DNA from: a virus | Virus record (IMG/VR): IMGVR_UViG_3300026521_000463 | Coordinates: 1 to 64,000 of that record | Direction: 5' to 3' (one strand) | DNA: 64,000 bases | In this document: in pieces, positions 37,992 to 46,677 of the stretch | How the letters are laid out: each line of letters starts with the position of its first letter | How positions within the stretch are numbered: the stretch's first letter is position 1 | Notes under the pieces: model-generated | What the model was told of the DNA's origin: nothing | Seen by the model: the letters and a program-made list of their open reading frames with translations, nothing else | The model's database searches: none | Made by a program: the position numbers and the translations under genes

Positions 37992-38846
37992 TTATTCTGG
38001 GCATTGAAATTTAAACATTTCTTTCCATTTTACTTGCGGGTCAATCGCATTGCCATCGTCGTCATAATAACAAGTTACAATCCCTGTCTCAGGGTCAAGA
38101 TTGGCATATTTTTGATTGTATCTTTTTTCTGTAAATAAACCAAGACTATCGTTATGAATTATTATTTTTGCTATAAATTTTTTTGATGATTTAATAGTAA
38201 ATTCAAAATCTTCATTATATTTATCCACAAAAACTTTATAAAAAGGATAATCTGGTAGAGTTGGCAAAACCTCTTCGACAGGTGGTGGCGGAGGAAGGGG
38301 TGGTAACGATGGGTCTGGCGGTGGTGCCGGATTTGGGTCAGGAATAATACCTAATAAAATTAAGATATCATCTTCGACTCCTTTTGCTTCAGGTAAAAAT
38401 TTGTTATAAAAAGCATCAATATCTTTAATTTTTATTTTTGAAATAAAATCAATAGTTACTTCTTTTTCAATAAAACCTGTAGGCGGGACATATTGGGAAT
38501 AATCTTTATCATAAATCATAGGAAATTCACTCAATGGAGGAAATTTTGCTTCTTTTTCAATTATAGGGTCGCCATCAACTTTCCCACCTATCTCACCTAT
38601 TTTAGTATCGTTAAATTTTAATCCTTCAATATCAAGATTAGCATTATATTCGTGTGAAATTTCTTCAAAAAATTCATCCATACCTTCTTCAAAAACAGTT
38701 TTACAATAATCAGTAAATGATTTGAAGTCGCAACCTGTTAAAATGTTTTTACCATTAGGAGATTGTATATAGTCATTATCAATCCATTTATGATAAGCAA
38801 CTTTTAAAGGAGTTTTAAAGTATTGATTTAAGACCATTTTATCCAT
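37992..38846 (-). CDS. hypothetical protein with proline-rich insert
   Basis: PDPNPAPPPDPSLPPLPPPPP. Confidence 0.7.
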   Translation of the reverse strand: MDKMVLNQYFKTPLKVAYHKWIDNDYIQSPNGKNILTGCDFKSFTDYCKTVFEEGMDEFFEEISHEYNANLDIEGLKFNDTKIGEIGGKVDGDPIIEKEAKFPPLSEFPMIYDKDYSQYVPPTGFIEKEVTIDFISKIKIKDIDAFYNKFLPEAKGVEDDILILLGIIPDPNPAPPPDPSLPPLPPPPPVEEVLPTLPDYPFYKVFVDKYNEDFEFTIKSSKKFIAKIIIHNDSLGLFTEKRYNQKYANLDPETGIVTCYYDDDGNAIDPQVKWKEMFKFQCPE

Positions 38847-39592
38847 TTATTGCCCTCCCCTAAAAATATCTTATCCTTTTCAATTTTTAAGTAATTATCA
38901 TCCATCTTAAAATTTCCTGAATTTATATAAATACTCTTGGGAAATTTTTTGTAGTCAAATTTATGTGTATGCCCTAAAATAACCACATCATTTTCTGAAT
39001 GTTTTAAAAATTCTTTAATAATATCATCTTCTGAATCACTAAATTTATCATAAAGAGTATTAAACATTTTTTCAGATTTTTTCACTTGCATAAAAGGTTT
39101 TAATAAAATGCTTATTTTAGAACTCAACCAAGCAAAAAATTTATATATCAATCCTTCAGATTTTTCTAATGTTTCAAAACTTGTTTCTTCGGAACAATTG
39201 TTCCCATGTGTGATAAAACATTTTGCTTTGCCATTTTCAATAATTACTTCTCTAAGATTATTACCTATAAGTCTCAATCCAAAATCGTGATTTCCTAAAA
39301 TTAACAAAACATTATCGTGAGATATCAACTCATCTAAACCTTCATAAAAATCTATGATTTTTTGAATTTTTTTGATGTTTTCTTCAGGTGTTACCGTGAA
39401 GTCGTCATATTTCCATATTTCAAGTGTATCTCCATTTAAAATAATTACATTTTCATCTTTTAATTTATTTAGATATTTTATTATTTTTTTATTTGTATCT
39501 TCATTTGAAAAACCGATATGTAAATCTGAAAAAACATATATTGTTTTTGATGTGTTTATTACTTTTTGTTTATCCTGCATTAACATTCGCAC
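38828..39592 (-). CDS. calcineurin-like metallophosphoesterase (LpxH-like)
   Basis: SDLHIG, LNGD, LGNHD, THG, GHTH, NSG. Confidence 0.88.
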   Translation of the reverse strand: MRMLMQDKQKVINTSKTIYVFSDLHIGFSNEDTNKKIIKYLNKLKDENVIILNGDTLEIWKYDDFTVTPEENIKKIQKIIDFYEGLDELISHDNVLLILGNHDFGLRLIGNNLREVIIENGKAKCFITHGNNCSEETSFETLEKSEGLIYKFFAWLSSKISILLKPFMQVKKSEKMFNTLYDKFSDSEDDIIKEFLKHSENDVVILGHTHKFDYKKFPKSIYINSGNFKMDDNYLKIEKDKIFLGEGNKWIKWS

Positions 39593-39860
39593 TTCCTTTC
39601 GCTAATGCCCCACCACAATCTATAGGGTCGCCTATTCTCGCTAAAGGTTTACCTTCAGCAAACACACTACCACTTCCTGCTGCTATTGCTCTGCCGTGTG
39701 GTGGCGAAGGACAAGACCCTGAATGAGGTTCTAATGTATCTCCTTGTCTTGCGACAGGTTTTCCATTCACAAAAACACTACCTGCTCCAGCATTTATATT
39801 CGTTGTAGGAAAACATCCGTGTCCTGCACCAGCGTCACCTAATCTTGAAACAGGAGGCAT
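39570..39860 (-). CDS. PAAR spike-tip protein (T4 gp5.4-like)
   Basis: PVSRLGD, PVARQGD, PLARIGD repeats; His/Cys metal ligands. Confidence 0.95.
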   Translation of the reverse strand: MPPVSRLGDAGAGHGCFPTTNINAGAGSVFVNGKPVARQGDTLEPHSGSCPSPPHGRAIAAGSGSVFAEGKPLARIGDPIDCGGALAKGSANVNAG

Positions 39861-40220
39861 TTATACCTCCACGAACCCAATGTGCTCAAACACATTGATT
39901 TTTTCAACTTTTTTATCATATTCAATCTCTTTACTAACTCTTTTACTGAATGAATATACAGGTGTAAGGTCGTGTCTTTTTAATTCTCTTTCTAAAATAG
40001 ACATAAAAAATGGCGCTCCGCCAATAAGCACTTTATCTACTCCATAAGTTATTGCCATAACTGATAAGTATTCTGCTCTTTTTATCATATCTTCAATTGT
40101 AGGTATTTCATCAAATGTTAGCATTGATTTAATTGTTTCTTTTTCTTGAGGTTCAAACACACCTGCTTCAATTTGTGATTGAGTAGCATTGTGCTGTGTA
40201 AGATTTAAAATGTTTTCCAT
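39861..40220 (-). CDS. Csx20/Csx15-like protein, putative cyclic oligoadenylate ring nuclease
   Basis: ILNLTQH.AT..Q...GV; VLIGG; L.PVYS.S.RVS.E; K..VFEH..F. Confidence 0.5.
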   Translation of the reverse strand: MENILNLTQHNATQSQIEAGVFEPQEKETIKSMLTFDEIPTIEDMIKRAEYLSVMAITYGVDKVLIGGAPFFMSILERELKRHDLTPVYSFSKRVSKEIEYDKKVEKINVFEHIGFVEV

Positions 40221-40229
40221 AAAAACTCC

Positions 40230-40679
40230 TTATATATTAAATTTGATAATACTATCAACTGTATCTGAATGTAAAATAAATCCTGGCATTTTTTCAAAAT
40301 CTTTGATTTGTTTTCTGCATTTATAAACAATTCTTTTTATTCTTTTAATTGTATCTTCTTTATATTCATTATAAGTAACAACAGCATCAAAATAAACAAA
40401 TCCGTTTTCATCAATTTCTTCTATTTGAATTGAATATATATTATCTACTTCATTTAATAAAACTTTTTCAAATCTTCTTTTTGCTTCAATTATAACTGAT
40501 TTTGAAATCATATCTTTTTCAATAGCAAATGGATAAATACTATATGCTCCACTCATATAAGTTGAATATACATCGCTAAATCCACCTTTTCTGAAAGGTT
40601 CAACTATTTTATCCGTAAAAACTTTTTCAGTCATTTTATCAAGTTTTAAAAGTGTTTTTATAATTTCAATTTTATTCAT
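40230..40679 (-). CDS. hypothetical protein
   Basis: cassette ATG. Confidence 0.7.
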   Translation of the reverse strand: MNKIEIIKTLLKLDKMTEKVFTDKIVEPFRKGGFSDVYSTYMSGAYSIYPFAIEKDMISKSVIIEAKRRFEKVLLNEVDNIYSIQIEEIDENGFVYFDAVVTYNEYKEDTIKRIKRIVYKCRKQIKDFEKMPGFILHSDTVDSIIKFNI

Positions 40680-40738
40680 GTGAATTCCTTTTTATGATTT
40701 TATATTATAATTATATCATTTTAAAATAAAAAAGTCAA
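40677..40738 (-). promoter_or_regulatory. class I promoter + RBS cassette
   Basis: TTGACT-N17-TATAAT ... AAGGAATTCACATG. Confidence 0.88.
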
Positions 40739-40739
40739 G

Positions 40740-41057
40740 TTATCCTAACTGTTTTTCGTTTTGTTTTTCGTGTGCTGCTATCAATTTTTCATCTATCTCT
40801 TTTAATTCTTCAAGTGTAACTTCTTCATCAAATAATTCTTTCATTAAAATCTTAACATCCTCATTATCTGGACATAAATCACCAAGTTCTAATAATATCA
40901 TTTTACAAACCTTTACATTCATAATTGTTTCCATTTCAAATTCATCTGCTTCAAGAAACTCAATTTTTTCTTTAAGTCCAAAATGTAAAGTTTTTAATGC
41001 TTCAGTAACAGTTAAAACTTTTATTTTTATTATTTTATTTGATAATTCTATTTTCAT
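40740..41057 (-). CDS. hypothetical protein
   Basis: start corrected from 41099 to cassette ATG (MKIELSNK). Confidence 0.7.
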   Translation of the reverse strand: MKIELSNKIIKIKVLTVTEALKTLHFGLKEKIEFLEADEFEMETIMNVKVCKMILLELGDLCPDNEDVKILMKELFDEEVTLEELKEIDEKLIAAHEKQNEKQLG

Positions 41058-41116
41058 GTGATTCCTTTTCATTTTATTTATAATATAATTATAACACAAA
41101 AAAGGATAAAAGTCAA
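41055..41116 (-). promoter_or_regulatory. class I promoter + RBS cassette
   Basis: TTGACT-N17-TATAAT ... AAGGAATCACATG. Confidence 0.88.
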
Positions 41117-41122
41117 GAGATT

Positions 41123-41380
41123 CTAGATTGAATCTAATGAAATTCCTAATTCTTGTTCTAATTCATACTTTTTAATTATTTGCCATAAAGTATCTTTCAT
41201 TTTTAAAAAGTCATAATTTTTTACTAATGGCGCATTAACTTCAATACCTTCAACAATTTTATTTTCTGTTTCTTCAAGAGATTTTATATTTTGATGAAAA
41301 TAATCAATTTGTAAAAAATCTTTAATAAAAGCACCTTCAGATTCATTTTCAGAACAAACTAAATAATCTAATTTTAACAT
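41123..41380 (-). CDS. hypothetical protein
   Basis: ORF with RBS. Confidence 0.6.
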   Translation of the reverse strand: MLKLDYLVCSENESEGAFIKDFLQIDYFHQNIKSLEETENKIVEGIEVNAPLVKNYDFLKMKDTLWQIIKKYELEQELGISLDSI

Positions 41381-41854
41381 TTATTTATCCTTAAAATAAT
41401 TACAAATTTCAGATTTTAATTTTTTGAAATCTTTATCACTCAATTTTATAGTCTTACTTTTTTTATCAAAATTTTTAGGTTTTGAAACTATTGCGGATGT
41501 TACATATCCATTACTTTTTGTAATAACAACATTTTCAAAAAATACATTGTAACCTATATTAAAAAGATATTCAGTGTTACCAAATAATTTTGCTTCAAGT
41601 AATCCAAGGTATTTATCTTCAATTTTACAATCACTTAAATCAATTGTGAATACTGACATTTCGCTCTCAGTAAATCCTAAATTATCTTGGACATTTTGTA
41701 AAAATCTTTTATTGACAAGAAAAGCAGTAAATGTTTCTTTATCACTTTCTTTATTTGTAACAATTTGTAACACTTCATAACCCCTACGGATATATGAAGC
41801 AATGTGATTTGCTAACTCTCTTGATGTTTTTGCTTGTATATCATAGATTAACAT
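41381..41854 (-). CDS. hypothetical protein
   Basis: ORF with RBS. Confidence 0.65.
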   Translation of the reverse strand: MLIYDIQAKTSRELANHIASYIRRGYEVLQIVTNKESDKETFTAFLVNKRFLQNVQDNLGFTESEMSVFTIDLSDCKIEDKYLGLLEAKLFGNTEYLFNIGYNVFFENVVITKSNGYVTSAIVSKPKNFDKKSKTIKLSDKDFKKLKSEICNYFKDK

Positions 41855-41855
41855 T

Positions 41856-44372
41856 TTAATCCTTTTTTAATTTGTTAAAAAATTTCATTATAAATGGACT
41901 CAATTTATATGACTTTCCGTATCTTTTATAACCTATCAATCTTAAAAATTTCTTAAATCTATCATTTTTTAGTTCTTTTTCAGAATATTTATCTTTCAAT
42001 TGTATTGACTTAAATTGACTAAGCAATTCTAAGTTGTGAATATAACTTTTATTTAAGTTATTTGCTAAACTATATGAAATAAGATTTTTTATATTATCGT
42101 TTAAGAACATTTTAAGGTAATTGAACTTCATAAGAATTTTTTTATCTCTTTTACTTATATTTAATAATTCAATTATTTCATCTTTATCAAGTTCTACAAA
42201 AATTTTATTGATAGAATTATAAAATTCATTATAATCCGTTTCAAGTTTTAAGTCAAATTCAAAAGTTGATAAATCTTTTAACACTTCAATTTTTTCTTTG
42301 AATTCTTTTTCTTCTTCTTGTTTCAGTGTTTCTCTAATCTGTTTTAAATCATATTTTTTAGTCAATGTATCTATTTCAATAGTTTCATTTTCAAACTGTT
42401 CTTTTAATAAAATCTTAAAAGTTAAAAGTGGATTGGTATTAAATAAATTTTCCATATAAATTTTTTTAAGAGTCCATTTACCAAACTTGCTAAGTTTTAA
42501 ATTAGCATAAGAATCAAATTCAACGAATAAGGAATTTTTTACAAGATATTTATCAAGTTTTTTAACAATATCACTTTCTAATTCTTCGTAGTCAATAATT
42601 CTATTATATCGTTTATTTTTAAGGTAAAAATGAATGTTTTTTGCTTGTCTATTTCTTTTTACTTGCTGTAATGAATTTATAACACTTCCTGTCCCATCTG
42701 AAAAATGAAAATGATGAAATGAATGATTTAATATATTTATTCCTACGGTTATTGTAGGTGTATATATTAACAAATCCCATTCTTCGTGCTTTTCTTTTTT
42801 AAAAAATTCACTATAATCCTCATCTGTTTCACTTGTAATGCAAACGACTTTAAAATCGTTTTCAAAAATTTTTTTAATGACCTTAGCATAACTTTTATTT
42901 GTAGTTGATAAAGTAACTTTTCCATTTTTGTTTTTTAAGGTTGATTCAATAGTATAAATAAACTCATCTAATTCCCTATAAACATAAAGATTTGTCTTAT
43001 CTCTATAAAGATTTTCGTAGTATTCAATCTTTTTTCTTTTAACAAATTCAACCTCTATTCCTGTTAAAAAAGCATCCATAATCAATAAAGGTTTTTTGAA
43101 ATTTTGTAAGATATAAAAAAATTTAAGATTATTATAGTTACCATAATCGCCTAAATTAGATTGACTATGCTCAACAAGAGATAAAAATTCATCAACTATA
43201 AAAAAGTCAAATTGCTTTAAATCATATTTATACAATGATTCAAATTGACAAATTAAACTATCTCCCTCAAAATACTTATCTTGATTGTATAATTTAAAAT
43301 GAGGAAATTTTTCCTTATATTCTCTTGCAAGTGTTACTCTGTTTGTAATGATTAAACATTTTTTATCTTTTTCTAAATGTTTTATGAAATTTGTCTTACC
43401 TGTCCCCATTGCTGATTTTACAAAAATAACTTTATCATCTTCTAATTCTATTTTACCAAAAGTATCTTCAATTTTATCTATATCAATATATCTTTGATTA
43501 AATACTTTTTTATTTTGAATAGGTGCGAATATCTTATCTTGAAATTCATTTAAAATTCTTTTTTGATTGTATTCTTTAAATTCTTTTGTATTTTTTATCA
43601 AATCAAAAATTGAAAATGATTTTGCTTTGTTAAAATGATGGCAAAATTGAGGTGAATTTTTATAAATAAAATATCCACCTTTTGTTTTTTCTTTTGGGTG
43701 CTGTAAATTTATCAAGTCCTCTTTTTCAGATTTTATATTAAAACCTAAATTTTCATAAGTTCTTAGACATAATGATAATAAACTATTATCAAAATTTGAA
43801 ACATCAATTTTACTTTCTTCATAATAAAAGTCTAAAACATTGCCACCCTTAAAGGTTATGATTTCATTTTCTTTAAAAGTTGGTGCTTGAACTGAACTTA
43901 TTCTTATTGATGAATAATCAACCTTACAATAATCATTTATTAACTGATTTATATAATCTAATGCCTTCGTTCTGCTAATAAAATTATTATTTCCTATAAA
44001 TTCTATAACACCTTTCATATTGAAGTTATCAACACCATTATAACTTCTACTTTCCCACAGTGAAAAATTAAAATTATTTTTTTGTAAGATTTCAATGATA
44101 TAATCACGATTAAAAGCATTTTTAATTTCATCAAAATCTACAATTATAAAACTAAATTCTTTACATAAAAATTTTTCCATTTCATAATTGTTTCTTTTTG
44201 AAATTGTTCCATTTTCTGAAAATTTAAAACATCCGTTTAATAACCAAAATTCTGAATTAACTTTATAAAAATATTCTAAAGGAATATCCTTAGTATAAAA
44301 TAAAAATTCATTATCTTCGTTACCTAACGGGTGCTTACCTATTCCTTCAGACTTGAAGAATGATAATAACAT
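41856..44372 (-). CDS. SF2 helicase, replication-origin-binding (UL9-like) type, with N-terminal primase-like region
   Basis: KSAMGTGKT, TNRVTL, IVDEF, MDA, TPTITVGIN, QQVKRNR; N-terminal IVDFDE. Confidence 0.75.
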   Translation of the reverse strand: MLLSFFKSEGIGKHPLGNEDNEFLFYTKDIPLEYFYKVNSEFWLLNGCFKFSENGTISKRNNYEMEKFLCKEFSFIIVDFDEIKNAFNRDYIIEILQKNNFNFSLWESRSYNGVDNFNMKGVIEFIGNNNFISRTKALDYINQLINDYCKVDYSSIRISSVQAPTFKENEIITFKGGNVLDFYYEESKIDVSNFDNSLLSLCLRTYENLGFNIKSEKEDLINLQHPKEKTKGGYFIYKNSPQFCHHFNKAKSFSIFDLIKNTKEFKEYNQKRILNEFQDKIFAPIQNKKVFNQRYIDIDKIEDTFGKIELEDDKVIFVKSAMGTGKTNFIKHLEKDKKCLIITNRVTLAREYKEKFPHFKLYNQDKYFEGDSLICQFESLYKYDLKQFDFFIVDEFLSLVEHSQSNLGDYGNYNNLKFFYILQNFKKPLLIMDAFLTGIEVEFVKRKKIEYYENLYRDKTNLYVYRELDEFIYTIESTLKNKNGKVTLSTTNKSYAKVIKKIFENDFKVVCITSETDEDYSEFFKKEKHEEWDLLIYTPTITVGINILNHSFHHFHFSDGTGSVINSLQQVKRNRQAKNIHFYLKNKRYNRIIDYEELESDIVKKLDKYLVKNSLFVEFDSYANLKLSKFGKWTLKKIYMENLFNTNPLLTFKILLKEQFENETIEIDTLTKKYDLKQIRETLKQEEEKEFKEKIEVLKDLSTFEFDLKLETDYNEFYNSINKIFVELDKDEIIELLNISKRDKKILMKFNYLKMFLNDNIKNLISYSLANNLNKSYIHNLELLSQFKSIQLKDKYSEKELKNDRFKKFLRLIGYKRYGKSYKLSPFIMKFFNKLKKD

Positions 44373-44381
44373 TTTTTCTCC

Positions 44382-45131
44382 TTAAAATATATCCAACTCC
44401 ATTTCAGGAGTATCAGCATTCCCATCACATATATTATGCTCAAAATAAGGACACCAATTACAAAAAGTATCTTTTTTAGGAAATGACGACGACATTTCAA
44501 TCATTTCAATAATTTTTTTGACTTCATTTTGAATTTTTTCTTTTTCAGATTTGTCAAATTCAAATGAAATACTTTTATTATGCTCGATAAAATCAAAATA
44601 AAGTTTTGCTTTTTCGGCAGGAAATAGTGATAATGCGACAAGATAGTAGATATATAACTGAATTTTATCTTGATTCTCATTGAATTTTCCTGACTTGTGG
44701 TCTATGATATATACTATCTTTTCATCTTCGTCATAAAACATCAAATCTATAAACCCTATAATATCAGAATCATAGTTATAATCTTTAACTTCTAATGTAT
44801 CAATATCAAGTCCGAATCCTTTTTCAATATATAAATTTTCTTTTGTTTTATAGTATTGAATGTTATCATTTTTTAAGATTTTTTTAAGTTGTTTAAACAA
44901 CTTAGATTTTTCTTCATCATTATAAACCTTAAATTCAAAATCAGCAATTTTTTTGATTTCATCTTTCAAATAAAGTTCTATTCCTTTATGTAAAAACGAA
45001 CCTTTTTCTAAACTCTTATTCATTACAAACGGAGTTTTGATTTTATCTATATATTGAAGTTTGAACCTATAAGGACAATTCTTATAAGTGTTTATTTTTG
45101 AATAACTATAAGGTGAAAATTTTAAATTCAT
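44382..45131 (-). CDS. Cas4/RecB-like PD-(D/E)XK exonuclease
   Basis: SYS....CP, G..H, E, GFID, IDHKSG, Q..Y, CNWC....C Fe-S staple. Confidence 0.88.
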   Translation of the reverse strand: MNLKFSPYSYSKINTYKNCPYRFKLQYIDKIKTPFVMNKSLEKGSFLHKGIELYLKDEIKKIADFEFKVYNDEEKSKLFKQLKKILKNDNIQYYKTKENLYIEKGFGLDIDTLEVKDYNYDSDIIGFIDLMFYDEDEKIVYIIDHKSGKFNENQDKIQLYIYYLVALSLFPAEKAKLYFDFIEHNKSISFEFDKSEKEKIQNEVKKIIEMIEMSSSFPKKDTFCNWCPYFEHNICDGNADTPEMELDIF

Positions 45132-45134
45132 TTT

Positions 45135-45437
45135 TTATTCACCTAAAAGTTTATTTGCTAAATTTTGGACATTGTCATCTTCTTCAAATCTTCTCGCGAA
45201 TAATTCTGCTTCACTATCAATAGGTTTTAATTGTTCTTTTATTTTTTGTTTAATCATTGATAACGCTTTATTAAAATTTTTAACCGTAATACCTTCATCT
45301 TTCAATTCATCTTTAATTGCTTTAATATCCATTTTTAAGTCTTTGATTTCATTTTCAAGACTTAACACCCTAATTGCTCCACTTATTGCTTTTTGAATAT
45401 CTTCTTCTTCCGTTGAAACTATTTTTTCTTCAATCAT
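45135..45437 (-). CDS. T4 DsbA/GapR-like dsDNA-binding protein
   Basis: helical; EIKDLK.DIK.IK.E.K.EG...K.FNK pattern. Confidence 0.65.
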   Translation of the reverse strand: MIEEKIVSTEEEDIQKAISGAIRVLSLENEIKDLKMDIKAIKDELKDEGITVKNFNKALSMIKQKIKEQLKPIDSEAELFARRFEEDDNVQNLANKLLGE

Positions 45438-45470
45438 TATTATCTCCTTAGATTTAATTTATAAATAACA

Positions 45471-45505
45471 TTATAATTATATTATAATACCATTCATAAA
45501 TTAAC
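45471..45505 (-). promoter_or_regulatory. class II promoter
   Basis: GTTAATT-N17-TATAATTATAA. Confidence 0.65.
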
Positions 45506-45533
45506 TCTATTAAATAAATTTAAAAGGACACTT

Positions 45534-46025
45534 ATGTCTTATGGTAACATTTATCTAAAATTAAAAAACCAATACAAACATTTAACATCTACTTCAAAAG
45601 TAAAAAATCATCATACTACAACCAAAAAAACAAAAAGAGGTCATCTTTATGGCGATTTTGTTCCTGTAAATGAAGACAAATTTATTATAGTTAAAAACAA
45701 ACAAAATGGCGGAAAAATAAAATATCGCTCTTCTTGGGAAAAGAAATTCCTTGAATGGTGCGATGCTAATCCCAATGTTACTAAAATAATATCTGAAGGT
45801 ATAAAAATACCTTATTATTTTGATGGAAAAGAGAGAAATTATTATCCTGATTTTGTTATAAATTTTAAAAATGAAGTTTTACTTCTTGAAATAAAACCAG
45901 CAAGTCAAGTTGATGACCCTATAAACATTGCTAAATTTGAAGCAGCAAAAAAATTTGCTGAATCAAGAAAAATAAAGTTTTTAATTCTTACAGAAAATGA
46001 ATTAAAAAATCTTATTAAATCATAG
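45534..46025 (+). CDS. 4: head completion nuclease (T4 gp4/TnsA-like)
   Basis: YRSSWE..F..WCD.NP, SE...IPY, YYPDF, LEIKP, KF.ILTE. Confidence 0.88.
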   Translation: MSYGNIYLKLKNQYKHLTSTSKVKNHHTTTKKTKRGHLYGDFVPVNEDKFIIVKNKQNGGKIKYRSSWEKKFLEWCDANPNVTKIISEGIKIPYYFDGKERNYYPDFVINFKNEVLLLEIKPASQVDDPINIAKFEAAKKFAESRKIKFLILTENELKNLIKS

Positions 46026-46214
46026 CATTGCTAAATTACCTTCAACCATAACATCCATTGTTTGAGTTGAACTTTGAGCATCATTTAACGATGTTAAATT
46101 AGGTGTTCTTTGTTTTCCATTTTCAGTCGTTTTTGCTATATTTAATCCACATTTCGGGCATACCATAGCATTGCCCATATCCTTCATAACAGATTTACAT
46201 CTTGGACATATCAT
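46020..46214 (-). CDS. zinc-ribbon protein
   Basis: CPRC...CPKCG. Confidence 0.7.
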   Translation of the reverse strand: MICPRCKSVMKDMGNAMVCPKCGLNIAKTTENGKQRTPNLTSLNDAQSSTQTMDVMVEGNLAML

Positions 46215-46453
46215 CCTAACTCCTTTATAAAGTTTTTAACTTTGTCTTTAAATTCATTTTTTTTGACACTTGAAACAGTATCAATTGAAAAACCTATAAT
46301 TTCATTTTCATAAGTTTTTAATTTACAATCATAAACTTCTTCAAAATGTTCCGAAATTTTTTCAGCAATTTCAAACATTTTTTCTTCATTTTCATTAAAA
46401 CCTATAAAAATTTCTGCTATATTCATTCTTTCTAATATATTTTTTAAAGACAT
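46211..46453 (-). CDS. hypothetical protein
   Basis: ORF with RBS. Confidence 0.6.
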   Translation of the reverse strand: MSLKNILERMNIAEIFIGFNENEEKMFEIAEKISEHFEEVYDCKLKTYENEIIGFSIDTVSSVKKNEFKDKVKNFIKELG

Positions 46454-46486
46454 TTTATTCCTTTTTAAATGGTAACTACTTCATAA

Positions 46487-46666
46487 TTAAGCAAAAGTGC
46501 CTAATTCAAACTTTTTACCTTGTCTAAGATTATCAACCTTTTCATTTTTTATTTTTTTATTTTTAAAGTCAATCTCAGCACCAACATTAAAACCACAAGC
46601 AGGACAGGTCATTATGTTACCATTAGGAAACATTTCTGTCTTACATTTAGGACATTTTAAATTCAT
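46487..46666 (-). CDS. zinc-ribbon protein (59 aa), paralogue of 46020..46214
   Basis: hand translation MNLKCPKCKTEMFPNGNIMTCPACGFNV...; AAGG RBS. Confidence 0.7.
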   Translation of the reverse strand: MNLKCPKCKTEMFPNGNIMTCPACGFNVGAEIDFKNKKIKNEKVDNLRQGKKFELGTFA

Positions 46667-46677
46667 TTTAAACCTTT

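Noticed and set aside
39570-39860. Type VI secretion locus
   Set aside because: No other T6SS genes; PAAR (gp5.4) is normal in T4-like phages.
45534-46025. TnsA transposase or homing endonuclease
   Set aside because: No transposon ends or tnsB/C; motifs and T4-like context fit gp4 head completion protein.
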